Shown here: positions 13,223 through 25,419 of the stretch, piece after piece | Position numbering within the stretch: position 1 is the stretch's first letter | How the letters are laid out: every line of letters begins with the position of its first letter | Assembly: GCF_001194135.2 (NCBI RefSeq) | Contig: NC_068992.1 | Coordinates: forward strand, 27,840,022-27,904,021 | Source of the DNA: Octopus bimaculoides | Taxonomy: Eukaryota | Direction: 5' to 3' | DNA length: 64,000 nucleotides | Notes under the pieces: model-generated | What the model was told of the DNA's origin: nothing | Databases searched by the model: none | What the model saw: only the letters and a program-made list of their open reading frames with translations | Program-made: the position numbers and the translations under genes

Positions 13223-13949
13223 GTGGCTGTGCAAGTATAAATGTAATCGAAATATTTTGTTATGACATTTAATAAACTTATGTCTAGTTTCTAGTTACTG
13301 GACAAACAAAAAGAAAACTTAGGCACATCTAAGCAGTCAATCGCCTTGCAAGAAATAGCAGCCAAATTCTCTTCATAGCAATTTTTAAACAATGCACTTC
13401 AAGGTATCAGCTTATGACAATGGTATCCCAAACACATTTCAAATTTTTTAAAATATTATTTAAGACTAAAAAGTTCATATTAATCATTGAAAAATGAATT
13501 GACCATTGTTTTTGCTAAACATAAATATACCAATAAGTCAAAGAAATTGAGAATCTCTATTTATTCTTAAATTTTACAAAGCAGAGGTTTGCTACTTAGA
13601 TTACTGGTATGCTCTTCAAATTTAACAAGGAGGGCTTTATGTGACCACTGGAGCTGCTTGAAATAACAGCCTAAATATCATCAATGAGCATTTTCAAACT
13701 TGAGTGTGTATTAGAATTTCGCTTAAAGCAAGTAGAGGGTCCCATTGTCTTCATTGTTGTTTGGCCCCATTTTCAAGAGTGTGGCTGTGTGGTAAGAAGA
13801 TTGCTTCCCAACCATACTGTTCTGGATTCAATCCCACTGCGTGGCACCTTTGGCAAGTGTCTTATACTATAGCCTCAGGTCAACCAAAATCTTGTGAGTG
13901 GATTTGATAGACAGAAACTGAAAGAAGCCTGTCATCTATATATATATAT

Positions 13950-14885
13950 ATATATATATATGGGAGAATATGCAAATAATAACAACAGACGAGGACAGGT
14001 GGTGTAAATAACAAAAGGATATATTAGTATGACGCTCGGGAATACGGAAAGTCTTTGACGTTTCGAGCTACGCTCTTCAACAGAAAGAATACGGAGACAA
14101 GGAGAAAACACGGAGAAAAAAAAAAAATTGAATAGTGTTCAGTCAACGGTCAATCATGTGTGTGTATATATATNNNNNNNNNNNNNNNNNNNNNNNNNNN
14201 NNNNNNNNNNNNNNNNNNNNNNNNNNNNNNNNNNNNNNNNNNNNNNNNNNNNNNNNNNNNNNNNNNNNNNNNNNNNNNNNNNNNNNNNNNNNNNNNNNNN
14301 NNNNNNNNNNNNNNNNNNNNNNNNNNNNNNNNNNNNNNNNNNNNNNNNNNNNNNNNNNNNNNNNNNNNNNNNNNNNNNNNNNNNNNNNNNNNNNNNNNNN
14401 NNNNNNNNNNNNNNNNNNNNNNNNNNNNNNNNNNNNNNNNNNNNNNNNNNNNNNNNNNNNNNNNNNNNNNNNNNNNNNNNNNNNNNNNNNNNNNNNNNNN
14501 NNNNNNNNNNNNNNNNNNNNNNNNNNNNNNNNNNNNNNNNNNNNNNNNNNNNNNNNNNNNNNNNNNNNNNNNNNNNNNNNNNNNNNNNNNNNNNNNNNNN
14601 NNNNNNNNNNNNNNNNNNNNNNNNNNNNNNNNNNNNNNNNNNNNNNNNNNNNNNNNNNNNNNNNNNNNNNNNNNNNNNNNNNNNNNNNNNNNNNNNNNNN
14701 NNNNNNNNNNNNNNNNNNNNNNNNNNNNNNNNNNNNNNNNNNNNNNNNNNNNNNNNNNNNNNNNNNNNNNNNNNNNNNTATATATATATATATATATATA
14801 TGGGAGAATATGCAAATAATAACAACAGACGAGGACAGGTGGTGTAAATAACAAAAGTATATATTAGTATGACGCTCGGGAATAT
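13950..14885. repeat. ~95-bp segment repeated on both sides of a 605-N gap (possible Penelope-like terminal repeat or assembly overlap)
   Basis: gggagaatatgcaaataataacaacagacgaggacagg...gacgctcgggaata at ~13962 and ~14802, one mismatch. Confidence 0.6.
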
Positions 14886-15410
14886 ATATATATATATATG
14901 TATGTATGTCTATACCTATGTGTGTGTGCATCTTTGTGACTGTGTTCCCCCCCACCATCACCGCTTGACAACCGGTGTTGGTGTGTATACGTGCCCATAA
15001 CTTAGCGGTTTGGCAAAAATGACTGATAGAATAAGTACCAGGCTTTTAAAAAAGATATGTCTTGGAGTTGAGTTGTTGAACTAAAAACCCCTTCAAGGCA
15101 GTGCTCCAGCATGGTCACAGTCAACTGACTGAAACAAGTAAAAGAATAAAAGAATAAATGTGTTCGAGCCTTACCCATCCAGTCTTATGCATATCTTGGA
15201 CTACATTGTTCATTGTGCTCTTCATGTAGTGATACAATCACACAACTTTCCATAATTGTACATTCAGGTCAGATGTGGGGGCATGCACTATTGTGGAGTT
15301 TTGCTGCATTTATCATTTGTTGGTATATATCCGGGTCCTCCCAGGTGACCCCTCAACCAGAATCCCAATCAGTCTCGATCTCCATGAGATCCATGATCAG
15401 CTGCTGTGCC

Positions 15411-15598
15411 CATGTGCAGATTTGTATGCTTTGATTTATGTATGTATTCTCATGCATATCATTGCATGTCTAGACATGAGCATATATACTTAAATGATAA
15501 ACTTCTGGAAAGGCTTACGGATTGTTACAGTTCCAGTGATGGTTTGGATCTGTAGTCTTCAAATCAGCTTTCTCCTTTCTGGTTTTGAGAAGCCTAAT
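15411..15598 (-). mobile_element. Second, shorter copy of the same REL-element 3' end (188 bp)
   Basis: Direct repeat of 16383-16570, roughly 85% identical by eye. Confidence 0.75.
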
Positions 15599-15715
15599 AT
15601 GTATGAATGTATGCATGTATGTATGTATGTATGTATGTATGTATGTATGTATGTATGTATGCATGCATACATGCATGGATGTATGTCTGTATGTAATTAT
15701 TATGTGTGAAGTGGA

Positions 15716-16200
15716 GTGAAAGTATTTGAAGAGACCAGGATAACGCATACAAGACTCAAGAGAGATTTAAAGAAGAATATTATGATCAAGAAGGTGAATC
15801 ACAATGACCTTTTTGTCTGCACAGTTGGTGACAGACCATGCCTTTCTTTTGCTGGGCTTAAATCTCATTTGCGAACCCATGGAAAACAAACCTCCACCAA
15901 CTATTCTGCCTATATGTCTGTGCACACCTTTCAGTGCAATGTATGCCAGAAGGTCAGCAAATCTAACGGAGGCCTCAAAAGATATTTTAAGATCCACAAA
16001 TATTAGAACTTAACAGCAGCTCTTGGTGGTCCAGATCAGATATGCAATCGACATGGGTGTCTTTTCAAAACATTGCCTGGTTTTAAAAGCCACTTCAAAT
16101 GCCATGATGGTTCTAAGGTGTAAGCACAGGAGGTGGTCAAACTCTGCACAGGAGGTGGTCAAACTCTGCACAGGAGTAGACAACCACCAAACAACCACCA
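15716..16200 (+). mobile_element. RTE-type LINE ORF2 C-terminus and 3' UTR with three tandem C2H2-like zinc fingers
   Basis: FEETRITHTRLKRDLKK (RTE FE..R......KR..RK motif), then CTVGDRPCLSFAGLKSHLRTH, CNVCQKVSKSNGGLKRYFKIH, one TAG, and in the same frame CNRHGCLFKTLPGFKSHFKCH; 22-bp tandem gcacaggaggtggtcaaactct in the tail. Confidence 0.7.
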
Positions 16201-16382
16201 ATTATGTTTCTATGTATGTATGTATGTATGTGTGTCATTATTCTGTTTCATTTCCAAATGTATTGCCAATAGAAAAAGAGCTCATTCCTAATCTCAGTCC
16301 AAGTTCTTCATTGGAATTTCAACAATATCAATGCGGTAGTGTTGTATGTATGTATTTATATGTGCAGTATTTGGAGTCAGTG

Positions 16383-16720
16383 CATGTGCAGATATGTATG
16401 TCTTGATTTATGTATGTATTCTCATGCATATAGTTGCATTTCTAGACATACTCATACATACTTAAATAATAAACTTCTGGAAAGTCTTACAGACTTTTAC
16501 AGTTCCAGTGATGGTTGAGATCTGTAGTCTTTAAACCAGCTTCCTTCTTTCTGGTTTTGAGAAGCCTAATTTCTCAAAATTGGTGCTTAGGTAGTGTGTT
16601 ACATATCCCAGGGCTTCAAAAATTACAGATATAAATCTGAACTTGTAATCTGGATAGAATAACTGCAGATTTCTCAATAGTTCAGCTTAGGGATTTTCCT
16701 TTTAGCTAATCTTTAGCTTT
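16383..16720 (-). mobile_element. 3' end of a second REL-endonuclease non-LTR family
   Basis: [73 protein letters not shown], resembling the PVIIGALG...LQ...I.GT REL C-terminus. Confidence 0.75.
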
Positions 16721-17298
16721 ATGTTATGAAAGCACATGGCTCAGTGATTAGAGCTTCAGGTTCACAATCATGAGGTAGTGAGTTCAATTCCCAGACCAGG
16801 CTGTGCTGTGTTCTTGGGTAAGACACTTTATTTCATGTTGCTCCAGTTCACTCAGCTGTAGAAATAAGTTATGATGTCACTGGTGCCAAGCTGTATCGGC
16901 CTTTCCCTTGGATAATATCAGTGGCATGGATTGGGGAGACTAGTATGGATGGGCAACTTTTGGTCTTCCATAAACAACCTTACCCAACATTTTGCTTTGG
17001 AGGGAAACTTTCTAGGTGCAATTCCATGACTGTTTTACCCCAGCTTTTTGTTAATATCTGCTGGGCAGCTGATTTCTACTACTGTACACAATTTCTCTTT
17101 TCTGCCCCAAATCACTATGTCTGGTTTATTATGTTTACCATTTTATTGAGGTTTTCACTGGGACATTTCACTGGTATATCTTATTATGAGGGGCTATGGC
17201 CTCTAACATACTGTGGATTCTTATTTCTTTCATTTCAGGTTTATCTTTCTGACAAATCTCATCATACAGTGTCCTGGCTATGTATGTATATATGTATG

Positions 17299-17674
17299 TT
17301 GTTGTTGTTGGCACTCCGTCGCTTACGACGTCAAGAGTTCCAGTTGATCCGATCAACGGAACAGCCTGCTCGTGAAATTAACATGCAAGTGGCTGAGCAC
17401 TCCACAGACACGTGTACCCTTAACGTAGTTCTCGAGGATATTCAGCGTGACACAGTGTGACAAGGCTGACCCTTTGAATTACAGGCACAACAGAAACAGA
17501 AAGTAAGAGTGAGAGAAAGTTGTGGTGAAAGAGTACAGCAGGGTTCGCCACCATCCCCTGCCGGAGTCTCGTGGGCGTTGTCAATAAACACTCACAACGC
17601 CCGGTCTGGGAATCGAAACTGCGATCCTATGACTGCGAGTCCGCTGCCCTAACCACTGGGCCATTGTGCCTCCA
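17299..17674 (-). mobile_element. Young tRNA-derived SINE, ~375 bp, (CAA)n tail
   Basis: Head tggaggcacaatggcccagtggttagggcagcggactcgcagtcataggatcgcagtttcgattccc with Pol III A/B boxes; near-identical copies at 1-110 and 28662-29035. Confidence 0.88.
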
Positions 17675-18213
17675 CTGTATGTATGTATGCATGTACATAT
17701 ACATGCCTGTGTTTTTCTGTTGTCTTAGAGAGAGTGAAAGTTTAAAAAAGGGTAGTGTGTATATGTGTGTGTGTGTTTATACAAACCAGGCTGAGTAACT
17801 AGCCACTGGCTTGTTCCAGCTTTACTCTGGGGCTAATTTCTAAGCATAGCTTTTTAAATACTACTACAAAACAAGCTCTGGGAGAGAATCTATTGGATGG
17901 TTGCTAGTTGGTCTGTTATAACCAATCAAAATAGAAACAAACTTGATCTATATTAGATTGGTTTTTACTTTGGTGTAAATGTATACATAAAGCAAACTGG
18001 CCAGTCTGAATGTTGTTTAGCAGTTTCTGCTGTAACTGATGGCTTGTAGAATTATATCTAACAGATAAATAATGGTTGGTTAAGACCAAACTTAGTGGGA
18101 GCCGAGATTTTCATAGAGTTAACGTTTGTGCGGTTATATTTGACTGTACGTGAGTGGATAAAAGACTAACAGAAAGAAATAAGTATGGAAGGCTAGCAAC
18201 AGCAAATTGTACA

Positions 18214-18250
<37 letters not shown>

Positions 18251-19024
18251 TTCATTCTGAGTTACAGATTGCGTTTTGAAGATTTCCTATTTTTTCCAAC
18301 AATTCTCTCTTTCATCATTGAGAACTAGCTTTAAAATAGTATGACTATTGTTTCATCTCTTACCTAAACTTAACTAATGACATACACACATACTTGTATA
18401 CACACATACATACATACATACATACATCATCCTCATCCTCATCCTCATCATCATTATCATCATCATATACATCTCTGCAGTCTTGGAGGTTGAGCAAAGC
18501 TCATGGCTACTGCACCCTTCAACTGAATAAACCTAAGCCATCTATTTTTAAAGAAAAAATCATTACACTCATTATCAAAATTAAATCTTTGAAGTAATAT
18601 TTAAACATCTGATCTTCATAGAAAATACAGGCTAACTGACCCTCACCANNNNNNNNNNNNNNNNNNNNNNNNNNNNNNNNNNNNNNNNNNNNNNNNNNNN
18701 NNNNNNNNNNNNNNNNNNNNNNNNNNNNNNNNNNNNNNNNNNNNNNNNNNNNNNNNNNNNNNNNNNNNNNNNNNNNNNNNNNNNNNNNNNNNNNNNNNNN
18801 NNNNNNNNNNNNNNNNNNNNNNNNNNNNNNNNNNNNNNNNNNNNNNNNNNNNNNNNNNNNNNNNNNNNNNNNNNNNNNNNNNNNNNNNNNNNNNNNNNNN
18901 NNNNNNNNNNNNNNNNNNNNNNNNNNNNNNNNNNNNNNNNNNNNNNNNNNNNNNNNNNNNNNNNNNNNNNNNNNNNNNNNNNNNNNNNNNNNNNNNNNNN
19001 NNNNNNNNNNNNNNNNNNNNNNNN

Positions 19025-19132
19025 AACACACGCACTGGTTCAGTCCTTTATTAATTTATAAACAGTATATAGTTTTTTGTTAAATCATTTAACTGTTTAT
19101 AAATTAATAAAGGACTGAACCAGTGCATGTGT
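19025..19132. repeat. Short near-perfect inverted repeat: arms 19025-19066 and 19092-19132, 25-nt loop
   Basis: aacacacgcactggttcagtcctttattaatttataaacagt pairs with actgtttataaattaataaggactgaaccagtgcatgtgtt (1 mismatch, 1 indel). Confidence 0.95.
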
Positions 19133-19227
19133 TTATTACCGGCATAATGCCTCTCTCAAGGTTTAATTGTATTTCTTTCAACACACGTATCCATATCAAG
19201 AATCTTGCACACGAAATACACATACAA

Positions 19228-19317
<90 letters not shown>

Positions 19318-19335
19318 AGCATATATCCTAATTCC

Positions 19336-20560
19336 TAATGTGGATTTCAGGCTGGAATAGGCACAGCTGTCATGATTTTTGCCCTTCAGCAAGTTCAAGA
19401 AAAAGCATGTAATCAAAATATTGACTTGTACCAAGTCTTTGTCAACTTGACCAGTGAATCATTAGGCACTCTGGAAAATTTTGTCAAAAGTTGGTCATCC
19501 TGATAAAATGATAAGGGTTATAGTATCTCAGCACAAAGGAATGATGGCAACAGTGTTCAGAGGTATTTACTGTTCCCACTGGAACCAAACAGGGTCATNN
19601 NNNNNNNNTTTTTTTTTTTTTTTTTTTCCATATTTTCAACATGCTTTTAGGGATTACCATGAAAGTGTAAAATTTCAATTTTGCACAGGAGGTCTACTAA
19701 ACCTAAAAGGGCAATGTTTCAGATTAAAGAAAAAGACCAAAGAAGAGATTCTATATGACTTTCTGTCTGCTGATGATTGCATTTTGATTCCTCATGCATT
19801 TGAGGGAATTCAGGAAATAATTGACAGGTTTGCTGTGTCAGCTTCTGCATTTGAACTTACTATCAGCATCAAGAAGACTGAAGTTTTATTCCAACCAAAA
19901 CATGGGGCAGAACATATTCAAGGGTCAAATGTGATGAGTGACAACAAGCCACTCAAATGGGTCAGGTCATTTAAATATCTTGGAAAAACAATAAACGTTA
20001 AGAGTACTCGTGATGAGGAAATCAATGTTAGAATATCTAAGGCAACAAGTGCTTTTGGAAAACTTACCCATCGTTTGTGGGATGAACATAGTGTTAGTCT
20101 GAAAACTAAAATAAGTGTATGCAAATCTTGTATTTTGAGCACACTTTTGTATGGGGTAGAAGCACGGACTCCCTACTACAAACATATAAAGAAACTTGGA
20201 ACCTTTCACATGTGCTGTCTGTGCAATATCTGTAACATAAGATATCAAATAGCAAGACAAGATATCAAATGTCAAAATCTTAAAAAAAAATGTAATATCT
20301 CCAGCATCAAACACATGCTGCTGAGAATTCAGTGCAGATGGTTAGGATGTTGTTTGAACAAAAGATGACTACATTCCGAAAATTCTTTTGTAAGACTAAT
20401 AAGCAGAGGGACACTACAATAAGGGAAGACCTATCCCCAGACACAAAAATAAGTTGAAGTAATTGCTAAAGTCTATACAACTTGATTTGAGATCTTGAGA
20501 AAGTCATTGCCTAGATCGATCTGCATGGTGTAAAATGTGTCATGATGCACCCAATCTGAG
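19336..20560 (+). mobile_element. 5'-truncated, degraded RTE-clade LINE, reverse transcriptase to C-terminus
   Basis: Translates as (Q)CGFRAGIGTAVMIFALQQVQEK..LYQVFVNLT, then FLSADDCIL, LTISIKKTEVLFQP, FKYLG, EINVRISKATSAFGKL..RLW, KTKISV....LSTLLYG; contains frameshifts and stops. Confidence 0.92.
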
Positions 20561-20888
20561 TTGAAGAAGCAGAGCTATAAAAGAATTATATCCTGATATC
20601 AACAGACACATTTGTCCAATTCCAGGCAAAATCAAAATCATCAATGATCCAGGAGTGGACAAGGATTCTGTACTGGGGTCAATAAAATTAACTTCATCCT
20701 CCCAAAAATTGCTGATCTTATGCCAAAATTTGAAACCATTATTATTAGTATTATCATTATTATTATTATCATCATCATCATCATCATCATCATTATTGTT
20801 ATATTTATTATTATTATTATNNNNNNNNNNGAGAGTGTCATTATTATTATTATCATCATCATCATCATCATCATCATTATTGTTATAT

Positions 20889-20925
<37 letters not shown>

Positions 20926-21119
20926 TATTATCATCATCATTATCATCATCGTTATTATTATTGTTGTTATTATTATTGTTATTATATTTCGCCAAGGTCG
21001 ACTTCACCTTTCATCCTTTTGGGGGTCAATAAAATAAGTACCAGTTCTGTACTGGGGTTAATGTAATCGATTACCCACTTCCCCAGAATTTCAGGCCTTG
21101 TGCCTTTAGTAGAAAGGAC

Positions 21120-21155
<36 letters not shown>

Positions 21156-23144
21156 CTTAGGCTGTTTTGCATCCATTTTCCATGGTTTATTTGTTCAAAT
21201 CAATGCTTTCATTACTGGATACTCAGTCTAGTGCAAGCCACACACACACATATATATATATATATACATATATTTATATATCATGTTTAGTCTTTAAATC
21301 CAACTAGAGAAAACAACAAACTTACTTCAGCCTTATTAAATTTCCTCAACGAAGTATATTCTATTTAACTGGCAAGAATAAAAGAGATCAATAATCAATA
21401 ATATATACACACAGCAATAATGGTGATGCAGTGATATTGATTATGAATATCTACCATGGGGTTCAGGGGAAATACCTCAAGGGAACATTCTACATAGTTC
21501 AGCCCACATATTCTCTCCCTAACATTCCCTAAGCTCATTCCATCTCAAAAGACCTTACCAAAACTTCTTCTGCCTCTTGTGTTCCTTCTCTCCCACCCCA
21601 CTCATACATATTCATAAGTTATGTACTTTTATCTTCTTGCATTTTTCTTTTTTCTTTTAATTGCTTCAGTTATTAGGCTGTGGCCATGCTGGGGCACTGC
21701 CTTGAAGAATTTAAACCAAAAGGCATCAAAGTCAGTACTTATTCTTTTGTTAACCCTGGTACTTATGTTATTGTGTGTGTCTTCGTGTCTGTATTTATCC
21801 ACTACCACTGCTTGGCAATTGGTGTTAAGCTACAGGGACATAAGTTACACCAACACCAATTGCCAAGTAATGGTGGGGGTACATGAACACACACACACAC
21901 ACACACACACACAGATATCATCATCATCATCATCTAATGCCTGGTTTCCTTGCTGGCATGGGTTGGACAGTTTGACAAGGGGCTGGCAAGCAGGGAGCTG
22001 TCCAGACTCCAATTGTCTGTTGTGGCAAGGCTTCTATGGCCTAATGCCAACCACTAAATAGAGTGTGCTGGGAGCTTTTAACGTCCACTGGCATGGAAAA
22101 ATTGAGAGTTAGCACATGTGGGAATTGAACTCACATCTCTTATTTCCACGACAAAAATACAGACCTATTACACCAACATAGACACACACACACACACATA
22201 TGCACACACACACACATGCACACGCACGCATGCACACGCACAAACACACATATACACATGCACATACACATATATATGTATATATACAATGAGCTTCTTT
22301 CAGTTTCCATTTACCAAATCCACTCACAAGGCTTTGGTCAGCCTAAGGCTATAGTAGAAGATACTTGCACAAGGTGCCACACAGTGGGACTGAACCCGGA
22401 ACCCTGCAGCTGGGAAGCAATCTTCTTACCACACAGCTACATCTGTGCCTGTATTGTCCGATTCATAAGAGATAACTGAATAGTGAATGGATGGCTGAAC
22501 TGCCAAGCTCAAAATAAACGACCTTGAGCTGAGTTAATCAATGAATTAAAATGCATCGATGATATCACTTGAGAGCAAGTATGATCCTTCGGAATGGAAA
22601 CAGTACATTGTATGATCAATTGAGTGAAAGACAGAAAAAAAAAGAGGAAAACAATGAAATCTATTGATTGGTTTTGTGGTTCAGAAGAAATTGGAAATGA
22701 ATGCTGATAGTCAATTGGATTATTGTAAGTAATGCGTAGCTTAGTTACCATAGCAACAGCACCGTGATAATGTTTCAGTACAATAATTATTAATTTTTCC
22801 AGATATGTTTTAATGTTTGTAGCAATTAATGGCTATTATCTCTTGACTAATTGATTTCATTGATAATTACAACTGTCTCAGTTTCTTCTTTAATATTAGA
22901 GGTCTTTATGTTGTACTCAATCTATTAGAAATAGTAATCAAATTTCATTCAAATTATAAAAAAGGAAGGACATATTAGATAATGTAGTCCCTGTTATACA
23001 AATTAATGGGATGGTTATGGCAGGAAGGCTTTTAATTATAAGTCTGCTTCATCAGGTCTGCTTGATTGGGAAATACAGCTTTTAATAAACTGAGCCAATG
23101 AGAGAGTCATTCAATAGTCAGGCAACGTCTTATCTTAAACTAGG

Positions 23145-23550
23145 GTTTGCAGGACATCCTTGTCGAGTTCTACATATCTTCTAGGATGAGGCTCGTCTTC
23201 TAGCTGTAGTTTCCAGCTCGGAATTTCTGGAACCACCATTGACAATGGCATACGCCTAATGTTTGATCCCCGTATACTGTATTAATATTCCTCACACTTT
23301 CCATTGCATTGTTACCTTTATTATATTCACAAAGCAAAAAATGCTGAATATGCTCCTTTGCCACTTCCATTATAGCTTCGAAAAAATAACTGTTAAAATC
23401 AAAAACTGCACTCTTCAAAACTTGCACTAAGAATAAGGGCAAGGTAAAATTACTACCTGCTTTTACAACAAGTTGATAGAGGTAATTTATCCCATCCCCT
23501 TCCAACTTTTAATTCATGCAACTGAAAAAACCACATTATTTATGGGATGA
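23145..23550 (-). mobile_element. Mariner left end with transposase N-terminal HTH fragment
   Basis: TIR-like tcatcccataaataatgtgg at 23531-23550; ATG at 23370: MEVAKEHIQHFLLCEYNKGNNAMESVRNINTVYGDQTLGVCHCQWWFQKFRAGNYS*..EPRPRR. Confidence 0.85.
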
Positions 23551-24689
23551 TTCAATATTTATACATATGCATGCAACCACTGAAAATTTCTGAACTGGAG
23601 TTCAATAAAAAGTTAGGGACCTTAGATCTGTGATCTTTCAGTCAAAGTCTACATTTATTCGATCCATTCATATGAGGAATGGATTTCTCAACTACTTTCC
23701 ATTTAATCACATGCGGTGTTTCATTATCATCCAATTTCGAAAAGAGACATATGTATATAATTTATATCCAGATATATATATATATACATGCTTGTATATC
23801 CATGTATATATACCTTTATATCCATGTACACACGTGCAACTAGTTGGTATATATGATTATATATCCACATATACATACATGTAACTATTTGGTAGTTTTT
23901 TAATATTTAAGTTGAGACTTAGTAAAATCTTTAGCTTAGTTGTTGTTTTAGTTGTTTAACCACAGGTCAATGCTCAAGCCAACCCAAAAAATCAAAGGTA
24001 TTGCAACCATGATCATCATGTTTTGTTAAGGTTTCTAAGACTACTTTGTTAGGAGTAGCCATATTTTAGACAATATGCTGTGATTTAAGGGAGATTTGAT
24101 TGCTATTTCTGGAAGGTTGTGAGATCTTGTAAGAGTTTCCTGAGTTCAGTCAGGTAACTAGGATATTAATAACTCTAACCTTAACCGTGACATCATTGTT
24201 AGTTACTGGGTCGAGTCAATATTACTGACAGCTACTAACATTCTATATTTACTATCTGTTATTAACAACCAGTTGAGACAGGATATCGTTAGAGAAAAAG
24301 ATTGCCTGTCTGAAATCAACATAGTTTTAACACTAAGAACATATCATGAAGAGTTTGTTGCACATCTATGTTATGTTGGATATAAAGATTACCATTTGCT
24401 ATTAATACTACTTGTCAAAAATACTTAATTTTTAAAAAGTAATTAAAATTAATAAATTTTTTCGAATTTTAGTAAATTATTTCTTTCCTTGATTGGGAAA
24501 AGGTAATGTATAGCTAAAATTGGGTGAAGTGTTGTCATGATTATTTGTGGTTTAAATTTTACCCGGATCAAATTTACAAATCTACTTTCCATTAAGATAT
24601 TTGCCCCATATTGAAATTTTATTATCTTCATGCATGCGCGTATTTATATGTGCATTTATGCATGCATTTACATGTATGTATTTGGTGAT

Positions 24690-25195
24690 ATGCCGTGCTT
24701 AAGAAGACCCGTCAAGCCAAGTGAAATCATAGTTGTGGCTAATGCCTTTGTTACATAACTGGCACCTGTACTGGTGGCATGTAAAAACCACCTTTCAAGC
24801 CTTGGGCCTCATGGCGGCAATATGGCTGAGGCCAGTGTCGCGTAACTAGCACCCATGCCAGTGGCACATAAAAAGCATGTTTCAAGTGTTGGGCCTCATG
24901 GAGGCAATGACAAATGACTGAGACTTTTGGGAATATGCTATGCTTGAAAAGAAGACCCATCAAGCCAAGAGAAAACATAGTCATGGCAGACACTGGTGTC
25001 ATGCAACTGGCACCTGTGCTGGTGGCATGTAAAAGCAGTCATTACATTCTCAGTGATTGATGTTAGGAAGGGCATTCAGCTGTAGAAACCATACCAAATC
25101 AGACTGGTGTCTGGTGCAGCCCTTCAGCTTACCAGCCCTGGTCAAACCATCCAAACCATGCCAGCATGAACAACAGTTGTTAAATGATGAGGATG
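24690..25195 (+). mobile_element. RTE 3' end and 3' UTR copy with internal subrepeats and (GAT)n tail
   Basis: Same architecture as 55990-56765 in the opposite orientation (aagaagacc..caagccaag.gaaa, actggcacctgt.ctggtggcatgtaaaa units). Confidence 0.6.
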
Positions 25196-25419
25196 ATAAT
25201 TCACATGTGCATATATTGGGGAATAAATAAATGAATGAATGATGGCAATTTTAATGAAAGGAAAAATTAATAATGTTTGTGAATGTGCCATTTGCTGGCC
25301 AAGTATGCCCTAACTTCTCTTATTCTTCACTGTCACAGATGCAGGCAGATTGTGAACAACAAAGAACCTAACAGCCTTACCAGTGAAGACAGGCCCCCAT
25401 TCTTCCATAGGTTCTGAAA

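Noticed and set aside
14128-14961. Long ORFs of 219-272 aa in the ORF track (also 18519-19035, 33740-33997, 35722-36519)
   Set aside because: They consist of translated N-gaps, not coding sequence.
20540-21176. Poly-Asn/Asp/Ile/Leu/Ser ORFs
   Set aside because: Translations of (ATT/ATC)n microsatellites; the block is also duplicated across a 10-N gap, probably an assembly overlap.
24690-25040. Regularly spaced repeats superficially like a CRISPR array
   Set aside because: The units are diverged subrepeats of an RTE 3' UTR without unique spacers, in a eukaryotic genome with no cas genes.
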